Positions 29,101-43,995 of a stretch of 64,000 nucleotides of DNA are shown here, piece by piece. The stretch's first letter is position 1, and the number at the start of each line of letters is the position of its first letter. The notes beneath the pieces were generated by a model that worked only from the letters and a program-made list of their open reading frames with translations, was not told the origin of the DNA and ran no database searches. The position numbers and the translations under genes are program-made. Origin of the DNA: Octopus vulgaris (Eukaryota); the NCBI GenBank assembly GCA_951406725.2, contig OX597837.1, forward strand, positions 15,624,001 through 15,688,000, read 5' to 3'.

Positions 29101-32100
29101 AAGTATTTTACTGTTACAAACAGATATTTTATTTAATGGAGTGATACGTGTAGCAGCCAAGCAGACTGTGCAGATATTGGAGACATCACAAATATTAAAT
29201 ATTCCTTAATCCTATGCAACACAGGTAAGATTTCCATTCAGGGGAGTAGCATTTTGTCAGCGTGCCTTCAAGCGTGCATGAAGTTGGTCCTGATGCTGGA
29301 GTTGACTTTGCTCAAATCTTTGAACAGAAGAGAAGCAGGACTGGTGCCAGGTCCTGCGTTCTGCTGCTTTGTTTTTCCCTCGGAAGAAAAGGGAAAGTTG
29401 CACTGCTTTAGACTGTCTTTTAGTTTGTCTTTGAAGCGGAAGAATAGCCAACCAACTGACTTTCTTGTTGGGAAAAGGCCAAAGAGAAGTTGCTTTGGTA
29501 TTCTGATATCACTCATACGTGGGAGATGACCATCGAAGCTGTATTGTGATGAGGATGGCTTCAATACCTGATATGTTGCATTTTGTTAGCACCTCACTGT
29601 TACGAATATGGTCACTCATACATATACATGTTTATACACAACGGGCTTCTTTCAGTTTCCATTAACCAAATCCACTCCACAGCTGTAGCTGGTACAGGGC
29701 TATAACAGAATACACTTTCCCATGGTGCCACAGAGTGGGACTGAACACAGAACCATATGATTGGGATGGTTAGGAATCAAGATTTTTACCTACACATCCA
29801 TACTTGGTTAATAGGGGAGAGAGAAAGAGAGAGAGAGAGAGACCCTTCTCTATTCTTTCAAGGGGCATGGTGTGGTTTGAGGGATATTTGGTTGTTATTT
29901 CTAGATGGTTGAATAACCTGATCTGTCAATGTCTCAGGTTCATTCAATGTTGCGTGTTTATATTGGCAGCAGATGGCTGAAGGTGGTGCCAACGGAATCT
30001 AACATTTTAATTTATGGCTGGGAAGTCTTATGACAAGACAGAATTGGTTTGGAGGTCAACGGAGGTTTGCGAGGAATGGAAATAGAATTTTCAAATAAGC
30101 AAATACAAGAAAATCTATTTCCCGGTTTTCTGGTCCTTTCCATTTATTACAACGCATATACACACAAACACACACACATGCATATACGGGACACACTAAC
30201 ACACATACAAACATATGCATTCACATACAAACATACATACACACACACACACAGAGAAACAGCCATATACACACGCATACAAACACAAAAAACAGTTACA
30301 CACACATACATGGAACCACACATATATAAAGATACACAAATACATAGACACAAACACATACATCATAGATACAGACACAGGCACACACACACACACAGAC
30401 ATGAAAATACACATACACGATTGTACACACTACATATGGACATACACAGACAGACACACAGACAGACACACATTTAAAATGTGTACAAAGCTTCTAATTT
30501 ATGAAGGAGGTGATACAGTAGAAACATAAATTACTGTTGTTGCCTGCATCTTTCAAGTTAATCTGAACAAATAACCCCAACCCACTCCATGACCACCACC
30601 ATTAAAAGTACATTTCACAAATAAAAATATATTTAAAAAAAGCCGCCGCTGCTGCTACCACTAATACCAAAACTATAACTACTACTACTAATAATAATGA
30701 TAATAATAATAATAACAAAACAACAACAATACAAATAATAGACAAATAAATGAAAACATGATAATAGTAATGATGATAATGGTGATGATGAAGATGATGA
30801 TGATGATGATGAGGGATGGTGATGATTATAATAACAACAACAACAACAATAAAGATAATAGATAAATAATAATAAAATAATGGTAATAATGATGATGATA
30901 ATAATATTAAAAATAAATAATAATAATAAAATTACATTTCAATATCAAATGACAGTAATTATAGAAGTAAAAACAAAAAAAAGAAAATTATAAAAAAAGG
31001 AGAAAAAATTTAATTCAGTCAGATTGACTAAAAAAAGAAATATTATTACAAATGTCTCTCTCTCTCACTCTCTCTCCTCTCTCTCTCTGTATCTCTCCTC
31101 TCTCTCTCCTTCCTTTTTTCTACCTCCAATAAAAGATGATTAAAAAAATAAATGTATAATTTTTTCCCAAAAAAACCCAAAATAAAATTTAAAAAATAAT
31201 ACTTATGATAATAATAATAATAATAATAATGGTAATCATCATCATCAACATGATAATAAAAATAACAACAACAACAATAATAATAGCAACAATAAGATTA
31301 ATGATAAGAATTCTAAAAATAAGTAAAATGGAAAAAAAGAAAAAAGTTCAGAAATAAATTTTAAAAAATAGCTGTTTTGAATAAACAAAATTAGATTTGA
31401 AAAAAGTACGAAGCAGAAAAAATAAAATGAATAAATTAGAAAAATAAAGAATGAATAAAATAAAAAAAAATAATGAAGTTAAGTTTTTTTTCATACATAG
31501 AAAAAAAGGAGAAATAAAATAAATATAAAAACAGCAAAAATAATTTAATCGATAAAATCTCATATTTCATATGAAAGTTGCTGAGATGATTTTTGACTAA
31601 AAACTGCCTAATTTAGAGGAAAATATTGTTTTGTGGATTTCAAACACAGACACACAAAAACATATGTGTGTGTGTATAATATATATATTTATATTTGTAT
31701 GTTGATGGTGGTGCCCCAGCATGGCCACAGCTTTTGAACTGAAACTAATAAAAGAGTAATGTGTGTGTGTGTATCTTTTAATTGTTTCAGTCATTAGACT
31801 GTGGCCATGCTGGGGCACCAGCCTGAAGAATGGAGTGACCTTAGCTTTTTTTTTAAGCCTGGTGCTTATTTTTTTGGTCTTCTTTGCTGAACCACTAAGT
31901 TACAGGGACATAAACAAACCAACACAAGTTGTCAAGCGGTGGTGGGGGACAAACACACACACACACACAACGGGCTTCTTCCAGTTTCCTATTTCTTATT
32001 GCCCACAAGGGGCTAAACATAGAAGGGACAAACAAAGGGATTAAGTCGATTACATCGACCCCAGTGCGTAACTGGTACTTAATTTATCAACCCGGAAAGG

Positions 32101-33501
32101 ATGAAAGGCAAAGTCGACCTCGGCAGAATTTGAACTCAGAACGTAGCGGCAGACAAAATACCGCTAAGCATTTCGCCCGGTGTGCTAACGATTCTGCTGA
32201 GTTGCCACCTTTTCCAGTTCCAGGCTTCTTCCAGTTTCTGTCTACCAAATCCACTCACAAGGCTTTGGTCGGCCCGAGGCTATAGTAGAAGACACTTTCT
32301 CAAGATGCCATGCAATGGGACTGAACCCGGAACCATGTGGTTGGGAAGCAAGCTTCTTACCACACAGCCACACCTGGCCTTGTGGTTAGGGCATTGCACT
32401 CAAGATCAGAAAATCTGATGTTGGGTTATTTGGAGTGGAGTTGGGCCGGGAGTGACTGGTGAGTGGAGGGATGAGATGAAGGGTAGGTAGTAGGTGGCAA
32501 CAGAAGTGGTTGTGAAGTGGAGGAGAGTGGGGTGGTGGTTGGCTGTAGAGGAGGGCAAAGAGGGTAAATGTGACAGAGAGGTAATTATAGAGGGATGAGG
32601 AGGGGTCCAGTGCAGTCCCTTATACATGAGCCTAGTGAAAGGATGACAGGGGACCAATGCAGTCTCCTATATAGGGGCCTGGTGAGGGGATGCTCAATGT
32701 TCAATACACCCACTTCTACTCCCCTCAGGTCTTGGCAGGACAACTGGACGACACCTTGTCCCTAATAAGGGGTCTCTCTGCAGTTCTTACTGATCATTCT
32801 CTCCCTTCCCTATGAAATGTAAGAATCTGCTGCTCTGCCCCTTCCCCACCTATTGCACTCCTTTCATACTTTAACCCCCTCATCCCCCCCCAGTATAAAG
32901 CCAACACCCCACTCCCTTGGAGTTTGTAGTCTTGTGAGCTACATGGTAACCTCCATGGGTGCTGGCGGCAGGGAAGACACACCCTGTACACATTGTAGAA
33001 TGGCTGGCATTAGGAAGGACATCCAACTACAGGGACCATGCTACAGCAGACACTGAAGCAGTTCTTGCTCCCAGTGGATCCAATCAGTCAGTCCAACCCA
33101 TTCCAGCATGGAACATGGCCATTAAATGGTGATGACATCATCCTCATTGTCTAACGTCCGTTTTCCATGCTGGTATGGGTTGGACGGTTTGACTGAAAAC
33201 TGGTAAGCCAGGGGACTGCACCAAGTTCCAATCTGATTTGGCAAGGTTTCTACAGCTGGATGCCCTTCCTAATGCCAACCCCTTTTTTATGTGTCACCAG
33301 CATGACGACTCCATATATATGGGATTGTCAACACTTGGTGCATCATTTAATGGAGAGTCGCCATATTCCATTCCATAGATGCCATCTCTGAAGAGCGCAG
33401 GGTTACATAATCGGACTGTTATCTAACACTCCGTTGAACCCCTAATGCAAAACTGATTGGTAAGATCAGCAGTAATGGATATATAATACTGTACACTTTG
33501 A

Positions 33502-33544
<43 letters not shown>

Positions 33545-33782
33545 TTCTATTATAAGGATGAAATTTTTCAAAAACAAAATTTTATCAGTGGCCAGCATAT
33601 TAAAATACCTTTCAAGGTGAAAATTTAAACAATTATAAATAAGGGCAAAAGACAAAAATTTTTTATGCCAAAATGCTGAAAAATAGACCTTAGATCATCA
33701 AACCACAATCTAAGGTCTATTTTTCAGCATATTGGCATAGAAAATGTTTTTCTTTTGCCCTTATACACACACACATATATAG

Positions 33783-33813
<31 letters not shown>

Positions 33814-36188
33814 TGTAAGTATGTGTGTCTGTGTGTAGCCTTGTCTAGACATCATTCTGCCTCAAAAGACACATGCAAGCTGGGTACATAGACATTAAAT
33901 GATGATGAAGATGGTGGTGATGATGATGATGATAGGCAAAAGCTGAAGGTGGGGCAGAGTAGTCAATTATCCTGACCCCAATATTTGACTGGTAATTAAA
34001 TTTATTGAAACTAGAGAGATGAAAGGCAAAAAAAAAAACTTTTTTAAGAAAGCAACAGCAAAAGCCAAAATCGAAATTGACGTGGGCAGGATTTGAAACC
34101 AGAATATTAAAGTGATATAAGTGAATGCTGCGATACGGACGATTTGGGTCCAACATCTCATTCAGTTCCACCACTCCAATGATCCTCCCCCCACCACCAC
34201 CACAACACCTCCACTCTTTTAATAACTGCAACAACAACAACAACAACAACAATAATGAAATTAATAATTTAATAACAGTAATTTATGACATGGAAATGAA
34301 ACAGTTTCTACTTTGGGATTACTGAAAGAAAGTAACAACAACAACAACAACAACGTCCTCCTCTTTCTCCTCCTCCTCCTCATCATCATCGACAGCAGCA
34401 GCAGCAGCAGCAGCAGCACTGAGTAAATATCTTTAATTAGTAATAATATCATTAGATTCCTGTTTCATGGTCTTGTTCTTATTTCCATAGTTACTGATAC
34501 ATTGAAGTTGCCACAGACAGTATGGAGGGGGATGGTGTGTGTGTGTGTGGGGGCGGGGCGGTTTGATGGAAGGTGGTGGTGGTGGGTGTGGGTGTGGCGG
34601 AACGGCGGGGGAGGGAGGGATGGATGGATGGAGGTGGAATGCTTTGCCAAGAGTTATAATGGCCATTGTTTTATGCAGCTTTGCTATTCTTGATATGACA
34701 AAAGAATGGAAAGATCATAAGGAATACTAATAAAAGGATTTAAATGAAGGGTGGCAAGAGGGGTGTGTGGGCGGGTGGGGGAGAAAAGTAAAAGGGGTGG
34801 GCGTGCATGGGTGGGTGTGGCAGAGAGGAGAAGAGAAACAAAAGATAAAGATAGACCTACACACTTATTTATATACATGTATGATTATACATTAACATCT
34901 ACCTATCTCTCTCTCTATATATATATACACGCACACATCTATCTACCTACACATATACCCATATATAAATATGTAGATGTATATATATTCATTTATACAC
35001 ATACATACATGCATGCATGCACACACATGCCCACGTGCAAGCGTACACACACACACACACATTAATTTGTGTAATGTGAAGAAAAAAATCAATTGATGGA
35101 AAGAACAAAATGTGATAAAAGAAGGGATCAAGGGATGAAATATAAGGAAACAACAACAACAACAACATCAGGGATGAGAAAATCGAAACATATTCTGCAG
35201 CAAATAAACAGCAATTATTAAAGACAGATTTAACTTGGTAAGAGAGAAACGGCTCCTGGTGTTTGCCCTGGACAACTGAATGGAAAAACAAAAACCCAAA
35301 AGTAGGGTTAACAACTTGCTTGAGGGATACAAACCCAATGGTTGCATTAACAGACTGATTTCAAGGCTGTAGCCCCCAGTGGTCAACCCAAACAGCTGGT
35401 CCCAGGGTTAAAACTGATTTCATACACATACCCCAGGGGTAGGATAAAAAGCTGATTTTATGACCGGGTTACCCTCTGATTTCAGGGGAAAAGCTCAAAG
35501 GTTTTATTTACAGTTAATTTTGGGGCACACCCCTGTGGTTAACAGCTGGTTTGAGGGATAAAGCACTAGAGTTGGGTAAACAATGACTCTGAGGGCTACA
35601 AACCCAGTGCTTGGTTTGAATGACTGGTTTTAGGACATAAATCCAATGAATATCTAGTTTGAGGGATGCAGGGCTTGTTGACGACCTGAATAACCGATTT
35701 GAAAGACACAGACCCCACCTTGCCGCCAGGGCATGGCTTTGAACTTGGAATAGAGAAGCATGCAAGTGAATACTCCGGGTATTTCCTTTGTCACTGGTTC
35801 TGTCAATCCACCCTAACAGATCCTTCCAACCCAACACCCGATATTCTTTCTAGATTAAACACTACTCTTGTTGTTTCGCCCTATCTCAATACAGACCTAT
35901 AATCAGAGGTTTTTCAAGCATGACCATCTCACCTTTTCCCCAGGCACAATGTGCCCTGTGCCACAATATCCAATATATTCTTCCATTTATTATATAGAAG
36001 CATGGTGTAGGGTGAGGGAGGTTTGAGATTTGGCTGCTATTTCTGCCAAGTCAAGTAATCACTCCTACACACACACACACATGTATGCATGTATATATAT
36101 ATATATATTAGAGGAAATGAGGTAATCAGAAGATCGGATGGTTTATATTTACAGATATTTATTTATATATTACATTTTTTACATATAT

Positions 36189-36247
<59 letters not shown>

Positions 36248-36512
36248 ATATATATGTAAGTGTGTGTATATATGCATTACACACACACACAGAGTCCATA
36301 CATACTTCCATTCATCCACACACACACACACACACTTAAAGTGGTGAGCTCCAACTGGTCTGTACCAGTTTCATGGGAACCATTTTGTAAGTGCAAGTCT
36401 GTTGTTCACAGTAGTAAGAGGTTACTGTGTAAAATGTTCTATTTTAATATTAAAGATGGGAAGAGATTAATAAAGTTTGTTTTGAGGAAGGAATCAGGAA
36501 ATACACACAAAT

Positions 36513-36549
<37 letters not shown>

Positions 36550-39500
36550 GTATATATAAATTTGAATAGAGGTTAAAATAGCCTCATTAAGGGATAAAAA
36601 TATCCAATGAATTACTGGTTCATTGCTTATTATTTATTTCTGAATAGTAATATTCATAAAATAATAGGTTTAAGTATAAATCTTGGTTTATAAATATTCA
36701 AATTAAAATCCAGAAAATGGAGAACATGGTGAATTGTTGCACTTAATAAATTATATTAATGCCTCATCTCCATTTTCTGAATTTTAACTTGTGTACGTAT
36801 ACATACATACATACACACACATACATATATATATTTATATGTATGTATGTATTTCAAAATTGTACAAAAAAACAAGACAGAGAAAGAGGTCAGGGAACAA
36901 CAAAATGTATTTGACACTGAAGGTGAGACTGGAAATTCTTTATGCCAACGAGCCAGAATTCACCGACAACATGTCCGACAGGAGGAACTGCGAAAGATTC
37001 CACTGAGTAAACACCTAGATACATGTGGAGAAGGAAAATTTAAGATCTTTCCCTTCTACAAATGTCCAAAGAATGACACCTCCTTCAGGAGAAATATGGG
37101 AAAATACTTCATAACAAAGTTCTCCCCCAAATTGAATGGCTGAAAATATTTCTATAACAATTTGTACTAAATGAAGGACCAATTTTGTAAAGTAAATTGT
37201 ATTAAAACACACACACAGAGTTCTACACATATGTACATATACATAAATAAAAAACAATCTCTAATCCAGATTCTCCATCCCATGTAAGCACCGGAATCAA
37301 ACACTGGATTGAAAGAACTGAATAGGGGTATAAATATCAACACAATTATTTCTTTTTCTTCTCTTTCTTCCCTTTCAGATAAACAGGCACCCACCCACCC
37401 ACACACACTCTCTCTCATACACACACAAAACAATGATAAAAAGAAATCCAGGCAATTTTTTGAGAAGTGACATTTTGTCCCCCTTGAAGTGACCATTTCA
37501 AAAAGCCAAGAATCATTTACTATTGAAAGACTGACCAGCTGCAAAGATATCAACAAATTTTTTCTTCTTTCTCTCTTTCTTCCTTTCTTTCTCTTTTTCT
37601 GTAACACTTCATTCAGATACACACACACACACACACACACACACTGTACCAAGCAACAAGAACAGATCAAGCCATTCAAAAAGATCAAACAAAAAAGAAA
37701 AAAAAGAAAGGAAAAATAAACAGAAACCGGTAGAATAAAAACTTTGAAGTCGTTGCTTACCAGATTGTCACAGATATTGCCATTCTGTCGCTGCTTTCGA
37801 CACCAAAGTGATTTCCAGGAAACTAACTTCCTGCCTTTGTATTTGATCTGAAATAGAAGTTTAAGGATTGACAAATTGCTGCTGATAATGATGATGAATA
37901 CGTAGTGCTGCTAATAATAATAATAATAATGATGATGATGATGATGATGATGATGATCCTTTCTTATTTTGGTTCAAGGTCAGCAACTTCGAGAGGGAGG
38001 GAAAGTGATTGTAGTGACTCAAACGCTCAACTGGTACTCACTTTTGCAGCTTGGCATGCCAATGATTCTGCCAGCTCACCATTTTAATAATAATGATAAT
38101 AATAATAACAATAGTACTGGCCCTCCGTTGGTTATGAGGACAAGGGTTCCATTCGATGTGATCAATGGAAGAGCCTGCTCGTGAAATTAACGTGCAAGTG
38201 GTTGAACATATCAGCAAGGTGTGGTTATTTCTAATTTAGATAAAAGAACCAACCAATGCCTTGTGAGTGAAGTTGGTTCATAGAAACTACATGGAAATTG
38301 ATTGTGTAATTATATATATATTTATATACAAGCACAGGAGTGGCCGTGTGGTAAATAGCTAGCTTACCAATCACATGGCTCTGGGTTCAATCCCACTGCA
38401 TGGCACCTTGGGCATGCAGTGCCCAAGGTGCCATGTCTTCTACTATAGCTTCAGGCTGACCAAAGCCTTGTGAATGGATTTGGGAGATAGAAACTGAAAG
38501 AAGCCCGTCGTATATATATATATGCATGTGTGTGTTTGTGTTTCTGTGTTTGTCCCCCACCATCTAAGTAAGGATACATTATGCTTGGGTAAAAAAACAA
38601 AACAAATCCAGAGAGTTTAGTCATGGTTGGAATGGCTCTGATCATAGATCTGTCTGTTGGTGCCAGATCAGAGATGACCTGGGGTTAAATACCACCACCG
38701 CCGCCACCATCACCACCACCACCTATTTCTTTATTACCCACAAGGGGCTAAACACAGAGGGGACAAACAAGGACAGACATAGGTATTAAATCGATTACAT
38801 CGACCCCAGTGCGTAACTGGTACTTAATTTATCGACCCCGAAAGGATGAAAGGCAAAGTCGACCTCGGCGGAATTTGAACTCACAACGTAACAGCAGACG
38901 AAATACCGCTAAGCATTTCGCCCGGCATGCTAATGTTTCTGCCACCACCACCAACACCAACAACAGTTAACTGGTCTTCTTCAATACCGATTATTTTGGC
39001 AGCATTTCATTGATCTCTACCAATGATATTTTAGAAATGATGATCAATCTTCTTCACCCAGTACCAGTTACCAATGATCTTGGGGGCAGCAGCAAGAGGA
39101 GGAAGAAATCAAAGAACATACGCAGCTCTTAAAATATCCAACATCCATTAAAGAAATATTGGATTCATCTCAACTTTCAAAAACAAAATTTGCAAACCAT
39201 TTCTTTTTTTACCTTGTTTATTTTCATTTAGTTGGATTATCATCATCATCATCATCATGATTATTGTTGAAACCTAAGATGTAATATAATAAGGATGACT
39301 ATTTATTTATCTGGCGCTATTCTATATTTTGGCAAACAAAGAAACAACCACATTTTGTGTTCTGTTTCCTCCTCCTCCTCCCCTCCTTTTTTTTCTACTT
39401 CTCTACCACCACCACCACTGCCGCCGACAACAACAACACCACCATCTTCTCTGTAATTGTCTTTTCTATGCCATCACCAGCCAATGAGAGAAGCTTATCT

Positions 39501-41889
39501 GCAATGGCTCAACATGCTGGAAATAGCAGCCAACTCTATGCCTCACTTCAGGTCAGTCCCCAATGCCTTGCAAGACCTATCATCAAAAGCAACCAAGCCA
39601 TAACAATTCAGTCGTTTTGTCTTCCAAATGTTGGGAGAACATTTTCGCTATTCCTGCTGGCATGGGTTAGATGCTTCAACTGGAACTGGTAAGCCGGAGA
39701 GCTGCACCAAGTTCCAGTCTGATTTGGCATGGTATCTATGGCTGGATGCCCTTCCTAATGCCAACCACTGCAAGAGTCATAATGGGTGCTTTTATGTGTC
39801 ACTGGCATGGAAGCCATTTGCATGACTCCAGCAATGGCCATGACTCTAATTCCACTTGGCTTGACGAGTCTTCCTAAGTACAGCGAATCACCAAAAAAAA
39901 AAAAAAAATTGCGAGTTGGATTAAAAAAACAAAAGAAAAAGCAAGTAAGTAGTGGACGGTCTGTTAGTTAGAATGATGGGAGAGGGTTAAACTTACCGAT
40001 GCCCAGCCACAGCCAGACTTTTTGGAAGGATTGACCAGCTTTTTGCAGTGACTAGCCCAGGCACTTGGTGAGTTGAAAATTTCATTATTTTCTTGCCACC
40101 TGATCTTACCGTTTGGAAGAAGGTCGGCAGCAAATTTCTTTCCCTGATTTAGAAAAAGAGAGATAAAAAAAAAAAGATGGTATAAATATAATTGGTCAGA
40201 ATATATCGTTACTAAAATATAATTAGTTCATAAAAATAATTATAAAATATAATTGCTTAATGTTGATAATTAAAAAATATAATTGGGTAATTTAACTCAT
40301 TTGAATAATTATAAAAAAAGTAACAAGAAATCATGAAAATCCTCGTCATTTAATGTTCACTTTTCTTTTGGCTGGGTGCCCTTCCTGTCACCAACACTCA
40401 CCTGTTTCCAAGCAAGGTAATATCTCCCCCCATGGCCAGACATGGTTTTCATGGAAGACTGGAAACAAACAATACTGCTTGTATGACAGTGATGTTCGTT
40501 TACAACCATCATGTGATGTCAAGACAAAGGTATACATACACACACCATCATCATCATCAAGATCCCTTAACTGATGCAACCAGTTGCTGGGGTGCCACTC
40601 CAGACGCTCCCATAGTCAGCTGTCCACTGTTCTGTCATGCGTAGCAGGTTCACTGTGCTGTGACCCATCCAATCCTTGATGTTGTCAAAAAATATTCTCT
40701 GTCTGCCCCTCTTTCGGCCTTGGTTTTGGACAGGGATTTCTGCTGGGACACATGGCCATACCAGGCAAAGCTTTTGTCTTTTTAACTGCACAAAGAGGGG
40801 TTTCTGCCTGCCACTGAACATATATATATACATGATGGTCTTCTTTCAGTTTCCATCTACCAAATCCACTCACAAGGCTTTGGCTGGGTTGGTGCTATAG
40901 TAGCAGACACTTGCCGATGGTGCTGTGCAGTGGAACTGAACTGGAGACCACATGATCGGGAAGCGAGCTTCTTACCGCACAACTATGCCTACAACATCAG
41001 GAAGGAAGAAGTTGGTGGGTGGGCGGGTTTAGATCTAAGAGTTTTTACATCAGACAAAATCTGTTGGGGACCACATCAGTATGCTGTACTTTGCATCAAC
41101 GGTTTCAGTTCACCACCATCTTTACCAGTTCCATTACTAGCTCAACCACCACCACCACCACCACCACCACAAACATTACTACCATCTCCAGCTCAACCAC
41201 CACCACCACCACCACCACCACCACAAACATTACTACCATCTCCAGCTCAACCACCACCACCCGCCCCTACCATCCCACCACCACCACCACCACCACCACC
41301 ACAACAACCTCTACCATCACCACCACAAACATTACTACCATCTCCAGTTCAACCACCACCACCTGCCTCTACCATCCCACCTCCATGATCAGTGGTGGTG
41401 GTGGTGGTGGTGGTATGAGTGGTGATAGTAGCAATAGCAGAGGAAGTGGTAGCGCTAGGAAGAGTAGTGGTAGGAGTGGTAGTGGGAGTAGATAACAGAT
41501 AGAAAAAAACTGTCAACAGAGAAATAAGAATAATAGAAAAAAAATTCCAATGGAAAAAAAATATAAATATAAAAAAAGTGAAAAACAAACATCGAACATT
41601 ATTTACAGATTTATATTTCAAAGACATTTAGAAATAATATGTTGTTGCAGTTGTTGTTATTGTTGTAATGGTTATTATTATTATTATTATTGCTGTTTTA
41701 TTAGTTGTCTTTATTTTTGTAGCTTTGGTTGTTGCAGATGTTGCTGTTGTTGTTCTCCATTACCAAGTATTTATTTGAATCATCTTTGATAACTCTCAAC
41801 ATGACAGAAAGTAAAAGCCATGATTTGTAACATTTGCAGTAATCTTTAAACAGAGAATAAAATATATTTCAGTTTTTCTTATTGTATTC

Positions 41890-41935
<46 letters not shown>

Positions 41936-43963
41936 GCACACACACACACACACACATCTGTATATGTGCACACACACATATATATGTATATGTACACATA
42001 TATACATACAAATATAGAAAACATATTTGAGTTTACAAAAGTAGAGGACAAAAGTGTACAACATGTAGTTGCAGCATCGAAATGACCCCCTGCCACTGCT
42101 CAGAACAAATGCAGTCAGTTACATATCTGTGCGCATGTATAAACATATATATATGTGTGTGTGTGTGTGTGCTGATGCCACATAAATAGCACTGAAGCTG
42201 GTGCCATGTAAAGAACATGCAGCACACTCTGTAAAGTGATAGGTGAAGGAACCACGGTTGGGGGGAGCATCAGAGTTTGGTGTGGCTCTCTGGCTTGCCA
42301 ACTTCTGTCAAGCCACCCAACTCGTGCCGCCATAGAAGAATGGATGCTAAAAGAAAATACACACCCAAGCATACATAGGTACAGGTGTGGCCGTGCGAGA
42401 AGAAGCTTGCTTCTTAACACATATGGTTCCAGGTTCAGTCCCACTATGTGGCACCTTGGGCAAGTGTCTTCTACCATAACCTTGGGCCGACCAAAGCCTT
42501 GTGATGTAAACTGAAAGAAGCCTATCATATATAAGTATATGTGTGTGTGTGTGTATGTTTGTGCATGTGTATCTTTGTGTCTGTGTGTCCCCCACTGCTG
42601 CTTGACAACCGGTATTGGTGTGTTTATGTCCCTCATAACTTAGCAGTTTGGTAAAAAATAAAAGACTTATAGAATAAGTATAAGGCTCTAAAAATTAAGT
42701 CCTGGGGTTGATCTATTTGACTAAAATTGTTCAAGGCAGTGCCCCAGCATGGCCACAGTCCAATGACTGATGCAAGTAAAAGCTAAAAGCATACTTAAGC
42801 GATCACTTAGAGAGGATGGGTTGTGAGTCTAGAAGTCATAAATGGAAATGTTGTTGGTGATGCAAAGTGGGGAATATTATCCTAATTCCATCTCTGTGAC
42901 AAGGAAATAGTTTGGAGTTTGTTAGCAACAATAATGATTATTAATATAATTAATTATTACTAATAATTATTAATATGATAATAATTACTAATGTAAAATT
43001 CGTCAATTGGGGGATAAATTGTTGATTTAGTATTAAGTAATTAATTAAGCAATACTTATTAATTTAGTGATAATCATGAATTTAGAATTGGTCAGCTGTA
43101 ATGATTAATAAATTGGCAAAGATTATTGATTTAGAATTAGTCAACTGTGATAATTGCTGTTGCAGACAAGCTTGGATGAGATTGGAAGAATTAGTGGCAG
43201 GTCAACCAAAATGGCCCTTGACATTGTGAGTTCAAATCTTGTCAAGGTCAATTTTGCCTTTCATCTTTTGATGGTCAATATGATAAAGTACCACTTAAGT
43301 ACTGCGGTTGATTTAATCAACAAACCCCAACCCTCCAAAATTTCTGAGCAAAATTCTCAGCAACATTTCTTCTGATTCTTTACATTCTGAGTTCAAATTC
43401 TGCCAAGGTCAACTTTGCCTTTTATCCTTTTGGGATTGATAAAATACCTGTCATGTACTAAGCCCCTCCCCTCTAAATTGCTGGCCTTATGCCTAAATCA
43501 GAAACCATTATTATCATTGGTGAGCTGGCAGAATCATTAGCAGCATTTCATCCATCTTCACATTCTAAGTTCAAACCTTACCAACGTCTATTTCACATTT
43601 CATCCTTCCAGGGTCAATTAAAATAAGTACCAGTTAAGTATTGGGGTTTATGTAATCGATTGCCCTCTCTCCTAAAATTCTTAGCCTTGTTCCAAAATTT
43701 GAAAGAATTATTACAGAGCCCTTCACCAATGAAGGCCTCTGCAGCATTTGCTTCCAATCTTTTATTTTCTAAGTTCAAATCCTGGGAATAGCTTTTACCT
43801 TTCTTCTCTTTGAAGTTAATTAAGAGAGTGGCAATTATACATCAGTGTCAACTTAATTTATTATGACCCCCCCACCCCCACTCTAGATTCCTGACTTTAC
43901 TGGGTGAGTCACATCATTCTGTAATGAGCATGGGGCTAGCTGCCTAGTTTCTTAGTTTCTCTG

Positions 43964-43995
<32 letters not shown>

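Noticed and set aside
40930-41495. Pro-rich or Thr-rich ORFs (formin/mucin-like)
   Set aside because: They are translations of (CCA)n repeats starting within a SINE, with no convincing exon boundaries.
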